Shown in pieces: positions 53,576-64,000 of a stretch of 64,000 nt of DNA (positions within the stretch are counted from its first letter, which is position 1; each line of letters begins with the position of its first letter). A program made the translations under genes and the position numbers. The notes beneath the pieces were generated by a model. The model was given only the letters and a program-made list of their open reading frames with translations. It was not told where the DNA came from and ran no database searches. Location: contig OX597831.1 of the NCBI GenBank assembly GCA_951406725.2, positions 69,440,001 through 69,504,000 on the forward strand, read 5' to 3'. Origin of the DNA: Octopus vulgaris (Eukaryota).

Positions 53576-53757
53576 CAGTTTTCCACAAGCTTTTTTCACT
53601 TGTGGTATGCTTATATTCTTTTCAAAATTTGACTGCACACCTAAAAATATAACTGAAAGTATAGGGGAAAAAGATTATATTCAGGTTACATGGTGGCACA
53701 CCTAGCATCATCACGTGACACACCAGTGTGCTGTAGAATACCAGTTGCAAAGCATTG
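53576..53757. mobile_element. Degenerate hAT (Charlie-type) MITE
   Basis: TTCTAGAT|CAGTTTTCCACAA...TTGCAAAGCATTG|TTCTAAAT; 8-bp TSD with one mismatch. Confidence 0.55.
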
Positions 53758-54449
53758 TTCTAAATCAACAGATATTAGGTCAAGAGATTTGTTCTTAGCT
53801 AAAAACTTTCTATTGGAATTGTTTCACTATGGAAAGAGCATTAATAGTAGTATGACTTGGCACAACTCTGAATGGTATTTCATCTCAGCTAAATAATAAC
53901 AATAACTGCTATCATAAATCTGTTGCAATCTTAACAATAAGTAACATTACATGTTGTCAGTTTATTCAACTCATAAACATATTTACTGTTTTTCAATATA
54001 TTCAGGAATATTTTAATTAAAAATTCTCTTTCCAGGAAGCACAGCAGGTGAATTAATAATTCATTATATTGAAGTATGTAAATATATAAAACGTGTGTAG
54101 TCTTGCTTTGGAATGATTTTCGAAGAATAACCTTATATTTTTGACTTTTTCCCAAGCACATGGAGTATACCTTTATCATACTTTCTAAAGCAAGACTATA
54201 TGTTTAATATACATATGAATACACGATGTTGAATTTTTATTTAGACAGTATTTTAATTTGTCTGAAAGGAAAAGTTTTGCTGCCAAATATTTCATTAAAG
54301 TTCTCAGTGTTTAACTTAAGAAATTTAAGTGAAATATATTTTATTTTCTTCTTTGGAAGAATTTATGCATTTGAGTTGGTATATAAGAAGATGCTTGTAT
54401 GTGTGAGTTCATAATGTATTTATGTGAGTATCGTTTATCTTATATTTTT

Positions 54450-54665
54450 TTACTTGTTTCAGTCATTAGACTGTGGCCATACTGGGACACCACCTTGAGA
54501 AATTTTAGTCAAACTAATTGACCCCAATACTATTTTCTTTTTAAGTCTGGTACTTATTCTGTCATCCTCTTTTGCTGAACCACTAAGTTACAGGGATGTT
54601 AACACACCAACACTAGTTGTCAAATGGTTGTCGAGGATAAACACACACACACACACACACACTCA
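54450..54665 (-). mobile_element. SINE family A 3' half
   Basis: Reverse-complement tail match. Confidence 0.8.
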
Positions 54666-54727
54666 TATATGTATGTATGTATTTATACATATATGTATTG
54701 ACTGCCCACAGTGCATGGCAATCTTAC

Positions 54728-54918
54728 CATTCAAGTCTCAGCTCTTTATGTTAAGCACAGTAAAATCTTATGACTGCATGACCACATGGAGTCCTTTTCA
54801 GCCAGAGGAAAACTATAATGTAATACAAAAGCTTGTCAATAATGAAAGAAAATTGCTGCCCTTACTGAAGTGCATCCACAGGTTGAATTCATTTTGTGAC
54901 AATATGTCTTACTGAATG
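54728..54918 (-). other. Candidate 191-nt non-coding exon
   Basis: Minus strand catatatttcag|CATTCAG...TTGAATG|gtaaga; stops in all three frames. Confidence 0.3.
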
Positions 54919-55081
54919 CTGAAATATATGTAACAGATGAAATAAAGGAGTACCAAGTTCAAGCCCATGTTCTTTCCTCTCATCATACACACACACACTC
55001 ACGCATATGTATTTATGTACGTATGAGTGTATGTATGCATGCATGTATGTATGTATGTATGTATGTATGTATGTATGTATG

Positions 55082-55452
55082 TATGCAATATCTGTGCAAG
55101 ACCCTGCCTCAGTAAAGCTGGACTCAAGAGTCATCTTCGTAGTCATAAAGTGAGACAGATGAGTGACAACCTGGCCACTGGTGGTGGTGTAACACACCAT
55201 ACTAATCATATCTGTCAGGCATGTGGAAGAGAGTGTAATTCGGCAGGAGGACTTAAATGACATGCAAAGGTATATGAAGCCCAGTTACAACTACAGCCAG
55301 CTATTACTGGTAAAGGTTTTAGTGGCCAATTCTGTACAAGACATTGTAGATCTTTAGCTGGGCTAAAAAGTCACATTCGATCACAGCACCAGTAACAGTT
55401 AAGCTTCATGCAATGGCCATACTCGATAATGAAGGGGGCAGCCAAAATAATA
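55082..55452 (+). mobile_element. LINE 3' end (probably RTE) encoding three tandem C2H2 zinc fingers, inserted in (TATG)n
   Basis: CNICARPCLSKAGLKSHLRSH, CQACGRECNSAGGLK*H and QFCTRHCRSLAGLKSHIRSQH, followed by a short 3' UTR and an (AAT)n tail. Confidence 0.65.
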
Positions 55453-56845
55453 ATGTATGTATGTATAAGATAATATAGCTGATGCTTCTGTTCAAAATTA
55501 TAATCCTGATGTTTTCTGATCAAAGGTATCCATAGACTAATAATTAGCCCACTTGGTTTCAGGATTTTAAGAAATAGAGATATTTATGCTGTGGCGTTAA
55601 TGCCTTTCCACTAGTAATAATAAGTGACATGATATATTTACTACTAGGAAATGGAATTGAACTTTTATTGAAGAATTGGTTACTGGTACTTTACTACTTA
55701 CATTAAAGCTTTCTCTCTCTCTCTCTCTCTGTTGCCCTTTCTCTTTCCCTCACACCTCACACATACACACCCATGCACACTTTGAAATACCTTGTCTCTC
55801 ATACACAAAGTCACATACACATGTGCATGGTTATTTTTGATTTGTACATGTCTCTTCCATCAGTTGCATGAAAATGTTATGGTTTCTACTAAAAATGAGA
55901 ATTTTGTTGATAGATTTTAGATCACTGTTAATTCAATAATATTGGAGAAATTGTAATCGATAATTATGTTGTAACAATATACTGGATTATATACACTATA
56001 TGTTGTGTAAAACGTGTTAGCATTCTTCATTTTAGCGAGAGACTCAGATGGTTTCTAACCTTATGAACTTTGACATCACTTGGGAGGTGCCAGCTGTTTT
56101 AAAGAGTTAGAGAAGCTATCATTTTAAATAAAATTTACAAGATAGTAAACTATCTACAAATCTGAAATAAGTTTGAACATACATTTGTGCCTGATTCAGT
56201 GTGAGTGAGAACTGTTTTCCAAAAAAACTCTCATACATTCCTTATAAGAAAAACAAAGTTACTATAAAGATTATTTAAATATTAAAAAGTAATTCTTCAT
56301 GATACCATAGGAACTTCATAACTCTATTAAAACTTAGAATTTTATCATTACATAGTTGTATCATAAAAGCCTATTAGCGTTATCTAAGAAATGATTTAAG
56401 ACATTCATAAAGGATTTATTACTATCTAAATATCAAATCCTCACTATTTCTACATTCTTGTCTTTCTTTTTCTCAGTGGTTATTTCTTCTGTATATTGAT
56501 TTATGCTTCACTCAGATATTAAAGTTTTATATTTTCACTGGAAAGAATTATGGTAGTATCTCATCAACAAGTTGAAGTTTCATAATTCTTGAAAACTTCT
56601 TGTTATTCAATGTTCAAATTACTCTCTTAATATGAATACTATAGAACTCAAAACTACAAGTTTATGCCATCTACATGCATGTATAACTGTCAATAGCTAT
56701 TTTTGATATCTATATACCATCATCATGGAATTCTAGCTGTTTCCAGGTATTCTTACACTATGGAATGATTTTCAATAACAAATTTTTATGTCATCATAAA
56801 AAGAAAGATTTTGTATCTTATCTTACACACACACACAGACACACA

Positions 56846-56885
<40 letters not shown>

Positions 56886-57197
56886 TTGAAAGAATTAGAT
56901 TTATAAATGTCAAAATGTTCTGATAACATTGAAAGGATATATCTTCTATATGATTCTGCTGCATTTATTATGTAAAAGTCATGGAGGCCAGATTGCTATA
57001 ACAGGGTCTCACAAAATATTCTAGCTGCGTACATTATGTCTGGTTAATTAAATTGTTGTATTATACATTTTATTACTGTGGTATGATTAAACAGTAGCAC
57101 TGTAAAAAGAAAATCCATTTTTCAGAGTAATTACTTCAGAGAACATAAATCTAAATGTAAGATAATGATGACCAAGAAACATTATTGACAAGGATTG

Positions 57198-57290
57198 GGA
57201 TTATATAAGAATAACCAGAAAAGGATTATATAAGAATAACCAGAAAAGGATGATATAAGAATAACCAGAAAAGGATGATATAAGAATAAC
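57198..57290. repeat. 25-bp tandem repeat, ~3.7 copies (GGAT[T/G]ATATAAGAATAACCAGAAAA)
   Basis: Visible directly. Confidence 0.95.
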
Positions 57291-57391
57291 AAAACTTCAA
57301 ACAGTTTTTCGAAATCAGTGACGAAAGTTACTGGAAAAACAATAAATAAGTATTTGCAAATGGTCTCCCTTCATCGAAAACTGGTGATTGC

Positions 57392-57436
57392 CGTACGCCG
57401 AAGACAGGCAAATACCTAGAAACTGCAGTCCGTGCG
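57392..57436 (+). ncRNA. Minimal type-I hammerhead motif with variant core (CCGAAGA)
   Basis: CGTACG CCGAAGA CAGGCAAATACCTA GAAAC TGCA GTC CGTGCG. 6-bp stem I, AGG/CCT stem II, palindromic ACTGCAGT, GUC triplet. Confidence 0.7.
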
Positions 57437-57841
57437 TATCACTTAGGTTGACAAGAGAGGGATGACCTCCCTTTGCAAATACCGTAAGGGCACAGAAAGT
57501 GTGCCTAAAGCCAGCTGGAGACGATGATCTCTTGGGGCTAAAAGCTACAGTAACACCCACCCTTAGTGGTTAGCCATATTGAGATGGCTAGTATACTTTA
57601 CGTTGTCAAGCAGTTACTGTTTACATCTCGTTCAGAGATTTATTAAAACTTAAATTGTTGTGAGCAATAAAGTTTCTTGTGGATTCCATTTTCCATCTCC
57701 TTCTTTTGTTTCATACTCAGTGTACACTGAGGAATTCATGAGGTAGATCCAGTGACAATTGCGTAATTACCATGTATGACATCAGATAGTCACAAGCAGT
57801 GAGCGTGCTTTATTGGTGTACTACTAGGTACACACCCAACA

Positions 57842-57909
<68 letters not shown>

Positions 57910-57910
<1 letters not shown>

Positions 57911-59023
57911 CATCATCATCATCATCATCATAATCATCACCATTTAGTGTCTGTTGTCCTATCTGGCATGTTTTGGATGGTTTGACCAGGGCTGGTAAGC
58001 TGACAAGCTGCAACAGACCCTAGTCTGATTTTGTATGGTTTCTACGGTTGGATGCCCTTCCTAATGCCAACCACTCTGAGAGTGTAATGGGTACTTTTAC
58101 ATGCCACCAGCATAGATGTCAGTTAGCATGACACCAGTACCTGCTACAACTATGATTTCACCTGGTTTCATTGCTTCCATGAGGCCCAATGCTCGAAAGG
58201 TACATTTTATGTGCACCAGTACAGGTACCAGTTACCTAACACCAACAGTGACCACAGCTATGATTTCACTTGGCTTAACTGGTCTTCTCAAGCATGGCAT
58301 ATTTCCAAAGGTCTTCGTCACTACACATTGCCTCAGTGAAGCCCGACGTTTGAAGATCATGCTTCACCACCTTGTCCCATGTCTTCCTGTGTCTCCCCTT
58401 TCCACAGCTTCCTTCCACTGGTAGAGATCAGCACCACACAACTGTCCACATCCATATGCATCACATGACCATACCAACACAGTTGTCTCTCTTGTACATC
58501 ACATCTGGTGCCTCTAAAGTCCAGCTTTTCTCTCAAGATGCTTACACTCAGTTGTACATGCACACTGATATCACACATCCAGCGTAGCATACTAGCTTCA
58601 TTTCTTTCAAGCCAATGCATGTCCTTGACAGCCACAGCCCATGTTTCACTATTGTTTAACATAACTGTCCACATACAGGCATCCTACAATCTGCCTTTCA
58701 ATATGAGGGAGAAGCCTTGTTACCAACAGAGGTAGGAGCTCTGAGCTTTTCCCCGACCTATTCTTATTCTAGCAGCTACACTCTCAGAGCATCCACCCTT
58801 GCTACAGTCTTGGTCACCTAGATAACGGAAGCTATCAACTACTTCTAGGCTTCCCCCTTGGCATTTGATGGAGTCTATTTTCTGCACATTTTTAGTGTTA
58901 GTTGTACCAGTGAGCCCACTACACACAAAAGCTATTTTCCCTGTTAACATTCCTCTGATATTGCTGCTCCTCTTATGTGTCCATAGCTTACACAGGATAT
59001 GTCTTATGGAATTTCTACCTACG

Positions 59024-59025
<2 letters not shown>
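57910..59025 (-). mobile_element. RTE LINE 3' portion (end of RT, C-terminus, family C 3' UTR, (GAT)n tail)
   Basis: LEVVDSFRYLGD and SETWAV..LERNEASMLRWMC..WYGHVM, contiguous with the family C tail. This identifies family C as the RTE 3' UTR. Confidence 0.92.
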
Positions 59026-59080
<55 letters not shown>

Positions 59081-59085
59081 TTGGA

Positions 59086-59159
59086 CCTACTGAAGAAAAT
59101 CAAACCTTGTGAGTTCTCCATGACTTGCTAAAACATGATCAGAAACCAATTGGTCCAGG
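59086..59159 (+). ncRNA. Hammerhead motif, partly decayed, directly after (TA)n
   Basis: CCTA CTGAAGA...GAAAC CAATTG GTC CAGG. 10-nt palindrome ACCAATTGGT; the first stem I pair is an A/C mismatch. Confidence 0.6.
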
Positions 59160-60249
59160 ATACTAGATGGTAAATGTTTTTCATTTCAAAATTTATTCCT
59201 GTCGAATTTTTATCCCAATTTTTTGTGGTCATAGAACTTAGCTGTTCTTTCTAATTCGTAGAATCCCTATAAGTGGATTCTCTATGTGTTTAGATATACA
59301 CTATACCGTATATATACATATATAAAGTTGAAAAAAGATTAGAGATCTATCAAATCAAATTTTATGTATAAAAGATGGAGATGGAAATAGCACAGAAGTA
59401 AATCTAAGGCATTTCAATTTAAGAAGGAATTTAATAAAATGATTTTAAAAATTATATAAAGAAAATATTACTGGTTTCGATGATGAATTTAATTTTATCA
59501 AACGACAGTAAACATTCATATAAATTTAAAGTAAAAGCAGTTTATCTTCTGACTGGATGTTTTTCGTCGAAGTCTTCTTTAAATATAGTTTGGTAGAGAG
59601 TTCAAAGTGTTAGAGAGTAAAAAATTGTCCAAAAGAAATTTTTGTGGGTTCCTGCCAAGGGAGTGGCTTAAAAGTGTAGCAGAGCTACATATTACATAGT
59701 AATGTGTGAGTCGACCTGCACAGCAGACGAATATACCAATAAGGCGTCTAGCCTCACTTTGATACAGTAGCGGCGCTCTGAGACATCAGCCTCGTTCTGA
59801 GCTACACTGTAGAAATGGTCTCAGTTTCTGCCAGGCTTTGGTCAAAGACATGTCTTCTCTTCAGCTCCACATGCAATCTCCCATGTGTGACTCACGTGTC
59901 TATTCACCTCGACACAAAATATATGGTTCATAAGTAAAGATATTTCATCACACACACATTCTCAAAATGACTGTTCTCATTGCTCACATGCATACATACT
60001 GTAATACAAATATTGTACGTTACTTCTTTCAGTGCAAAAGCAAAAATCAAAACTTTCTCTGTATGTAAACAGACATGTTCTTATATCATACTACATGCTT
60101 CCACCACAAAAGGTGAACACAGAATAAACAATATATTTATGCACAAAAATGTCTTATGGATATTCATGCTGTTTTTCCATCTAATAACATGCACTTGAGC
60201 AGCCAACAACAGCCACTAAAAAAGGCTATTTTTGAATGGGTTTTATGGC

Positions 60250-60482
60250 CATCTGTGTGTGAGTGTGTGTGTGTGTGTGTGTGTGTTTATTGTGTTGAAT
60301 ATCCTTTCAATACGTTTGGAATGTGACCATGGGTGTGTATGTTGTGATGAATGTCTTGTTGAAGAAATATTAGGATTTTCCTTTGGGTTAAATGTATTTT
60401 TTTTAATGTCTCCACCTGTATGTATGTGTGTGGTCACAAGCTATGTGTGTGTGAGTGTGATTTTTGCAATGTTTTCTATTCT

Positions 60483-60513
<31 letters not shown>

Positions 60514-60793
60514 ATTTTTTTGTGGTTTTCTTTTGTGTGTATGCATATGTGAACGTGTGTGTTTGTCTGTGTGTGCAAACATGTGTGTTTTTGTGATGCT
60601 TTCTTTTTTTGTGTATGTGTGTATGTATGTTTGTGTGTGTGTGCAGGTGTGTGTATGTTTTTTTGTGATGTTTTGTGTGTATGTGTATGTGAGAATGTGG
60701 GTTTGTCTGTGTGTGCAGACGTGTATGTGTGTGTGTCTGTTTTTGTGATGTTTTCTTTGTATGTGTGTGTGCAGGCATATATATATATATATA
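60250..60793. repeat. Complex degenerate (TG)n/T-rich minisatellite
   Basis: Recurring TTTTTGTGATG / GTTTGTCTGTGTGTGCA units. Confidence 0.85.
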
Positions 60794-60819
60794 TTGGGAA
60801 AAAAGATTTAGGAATTGAT

Positions 60820-61480
60820 AGGATGTATCTTTCAAAATGATAATACGTATGAAACTGTTTTTAAGTGTCATTCTTATGTATTGGTTGGTAGTGGTTGGGT
60901 CTATATTCAATTGTGGTTGATACTTGTTAACAGATTGCCTTTCTTTATTTAGTCTTTGTTGTTGGTTGAAAGAATCTGAGCACCTGTAGAGGGGGAATAT
61001 TTTGAAATTTGGTAAGTCCATTCCTGCACAGGTTGCAATGTGACTGCTTAAAGGGATTTTCCTGGTGTTTTATTCAATCCACCTGTCTGACCTATGTAAT
61101 TATGTTGACAAGCATTGCATGTGATTACATGAATCAGGTTTTCTGTGTTGAATGTTAAATTTGACTTAACTCTGAAGGTTTGGCCATCTATGAATTTAAA
61201 TTCAGGAACTATCCTGAATTAGGTAATGGCAAGTACTGTGCTTTGTTCTTCCACATTTTCAGACAGTTGGGTTGGGGGTTTTTTTGTGCATGTTTTCTTC
61301 AGTGGGAATGAGTTTTAGCGTTTTGGGTTGTCTTTTGTTTTTGATGATTTGTTGTTTTTCTAAGATTTTTCTCATTTTGAGAGCCAGTTCCATGAAGGAA
61401 ATGTGTAACATGCATGAGGCTTCTAAGATAGAGGAGTACAGAGTAGATTTTTTAAGTTAGCCTGCTCCTTGCTGGGTCTG
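60820..61480 (-). mobile_element. Penelope-like element GIY-YIG endonuclease C-terminal fragment, degenerate
   Basis: Minus strand RKIPLSSHIATCAGMDLPNFKIFPLYRC...RLNKE...KYQPQLN resembles the H...E...P.LN end of PLE GIY-YIG domains. Confidence 0.7.
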
Positions 61481-62047
61481 AGCCATGTATTGTAGAGGTA
61501 ACTAACTAAAGCAGCTAGCTCTATGCTGTAGATGTGTAGTGAAGCAGAGTGTTTCAGCATAGCTACCTATATGCTAGGTGTGTATAATGGTGAGGAAATT
61601 TTGTGTATAGCTGCAATTTCTGTATGTAATCAGTGAAGCAGCTAAAGCTTGTAAGAATCAAGGAAATTTGCTTCAGTAAGCAGTCATGGGCGAGAAATAT
61701 GATTTAACATCAGTGGGAAGCAATATGAGTCAATTTAGTAAGCATTTCTATTGATAAATCTGCTAATGTATGTGTGTGTGTGTAAAAAGAACAGAGATAG
61801 AGACAGCGAGAGAAAAAGAAAGAGTTTCTTTGTGTATATGTATGAGCGCACATGCATGTGTATGTGTGTGTGTGGTTAGCCATTTGTGTGTTTGACATTA
61901 ATATATTTACTGTTATTTATATGGAACACTTTGCAAAGTAGGCATCATATATAGGCATTTGTATGTATAGGCATATACATGTCTCTAGGTACAAATGGAA
62001 TCATAAAAGTGTATATGTGTATATAGGTAGGATTACATATTGCAGTG

Positions 62048-62098
<51 letters not shown>

Positions 62099-62755
62099 TT
62101 GTATGTATGTATGTATGTATGTATGTATGTATGTATGCACACACAGATAGATAGATAAATACATACATACATACATACATACTCACACACACACGCGTTA
62201 GACATGTTTACTTAAAGTGCACTTCACATGATGCTAAGTTTAAGAGAGACCTGTGCCACTTTCAATGACTTAGATATTTCTGGAATAGTCTAATTACCAA
62301 ACTTTAGAAAAAGTACACCATTTAAGCAATCAAAATGGTTTCCTTCAATATCTGAATAAAGGTTAAAGGATAGGACAGGGGTTTAAATGTGCTTTACTAC
62401 CATTAGCGCGATGGTGCTAGAGTTGAAGAGTTTGTTGACAGGTCTTATATGCAGTCGTAAATGTATATGTTGTAAGATAAAGAACTAATTATGTTGCATA
62501 TAACGGCCAAATTTCTGTCTGGCTATTTACTTACCTAGCAGCCAGCCAGTTGTATAATGTCGGCTATCATAAATCCCAACAGTATAATGTTATGGCTGCT
62601 ACGTCTTGGCATGTATGGAAGTTAATGTGTATGCTTGTGTATATGTGAATATGTGGTTATGTATGTGAGTATGCATGTGTTTGTGTCTGTATGTGCACTA
62701 CTTAAGTATAGCCTCATGTATTTAAGCATTAGCAGATGTGGTGCTTTGTATATAT

Positions 62756-62908
62756 GCGTAGGAGTGGCTGTGTGGTAAGTAGCTTGTTTACCAACCACAT
62801 GGTTCCAGGTTCAGTCCCACTGCGTGGCACCTTGTCTTCTACTATAGCCTCGGGCCGACCAAAGCCTTGTGAGTGGATTTGGTAGACGGAAACTGAAAGA
62901 AGCCCGTC

Positions 62909-62943
<35 letters not shown>

Positions 62944-63166
62944 TGGGTGTGTTTGTGTGTCTGTGTTTGTTCCCCTAGCATTGCTTGACAACCGATGCTG
63001 GTGTGTTTATGCCCCCGTTACTTAGCGGTTCGGCAAAACAGACCGATAGAATAAGTACTGGGCTTACAAAAGAATAAGTCCCGGGGTCGAGTTGCTCGAT
63101 TAAAAAAGGCGCTGCTCCAGCATGGCCGCAGTCAAATGACTGAAACAACTAAAAGAATAAAAGAGT
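62756..63166 (+). mobile_element. SINE family A, full length, young
   Basis: CpG-rich; complete head to tail with an 8-bp deletion in the core. Confidence 0.93.
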
Positions 63167-64000
63167 ATGCATGTGTCTCAGTGCATATGTGCATGTATTA
63201 TGTTTTTTCCTGTATAGCTATGTAAACATGCTTGTATCTGTCTGTGTGTACTAATGAATTTATAGTATGTTTGTGTACATCAGTAACTGTATAATTGTAT
63301 TTATGTGTGTGTATAGAGGTGTTTGTGTATGCACAGTTTTGTACATAGTATGGTTTAGACCTTTCATACGAAATGAAAGAACATGATGACAAATGGAGAT
63401 ATGTCATATAGGAAATCCGACCATGACAGCATGGGGAAACAAGGGAGAACTACTATATCAAAGATAAGGGAAGAAAGAAAAAAGATTAAGCTAATAATGA
63501 TATAGAAAACAACAAAAACGGTGATGAGGATGATGGTGAAAATGATAACAAGAACTATGGTCTGGCAGTATAATGGCTGTAGTTCAATTATAGCAAAAGG
63601 TGTGATACCTGCAGCTTAATTAAGCATATATCAACATCGTAGGTAGTGGTGATGATGACAGCTGTTGTGTTGGTAACTGTTTTGGTATCAGCATCATCAC
63701 CACCACCACTACCATTATCATCACTGTCTTTGTTTTCCCATACTTAAATGGGTTGGACATAAATTTTTTCCAGCAGAGATCTACAACACTAATTGCATCT
63801 CCTTGACATCATGCCTTCCATACTTTCAGTGTCAGCTTCTATTTTGGTTTTATATTTTTTGACGGGTCCCTTACTCTAGGCTTGCCTAGGGTGCCATCAC
63901 CCATTTGTTATCTACCACATGCATCACATACTCGTATTGTCTTTTCTCTGGCACACTGTTTTTGATCCCTCTTATACTTAATTTTACTCCCAGGCTATTT

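Noticed and set aside
57198-57290. 25-bp repeats as a CRISPR-like array
   Set aside because: Head-to-tail with no spacers, eukaryotic context, no cas genes.
59460-59590. Minus-strand CGAAACCAGTA half-hammerhead
   Set aside because: No matching CUGANGA with a stem I partner found.

Overview
AT-rich, repeat-dominated eukaryotic DNA. The SINE, LINE and microsatellite repertoire looks like an octopus (coleoid cephalopod) intron or intergenic region; this is pattern recognition, not a database hit. I recognise no intact host protein-coding gene, and almost all ORFs in the track are microsatellite or transposon artefacts. The window holds many tRNA-derived SINE copies of about three families, RTE and Tx1/L1 LINE fragments, a full-length but frameshifted 1270-bp mariner nested in a Tx1 LINE, piggyBac-, hAT-, Merlin- and Helentron-type non-autonomous elements, and several Penelope-like (PLE) relics. 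The most notable signal is a set of about eight minimal type-I hammerhead-ribozyme motifs (CUGANGA...GAAA...NUH). They have palindromic stem III, most lie in PLE-like ends next to (TA)n tracts, two pairs sit in inverted terminal repeats, and several show a mismatched base of stem II. Also notable are a 329-bp inverted duplication with only 4 mismatches bracketing 3.2 kb, and three minus-strand exon-like segments that may belong to one spliced transcript. Coordinates of degenerate repeats are approximate.
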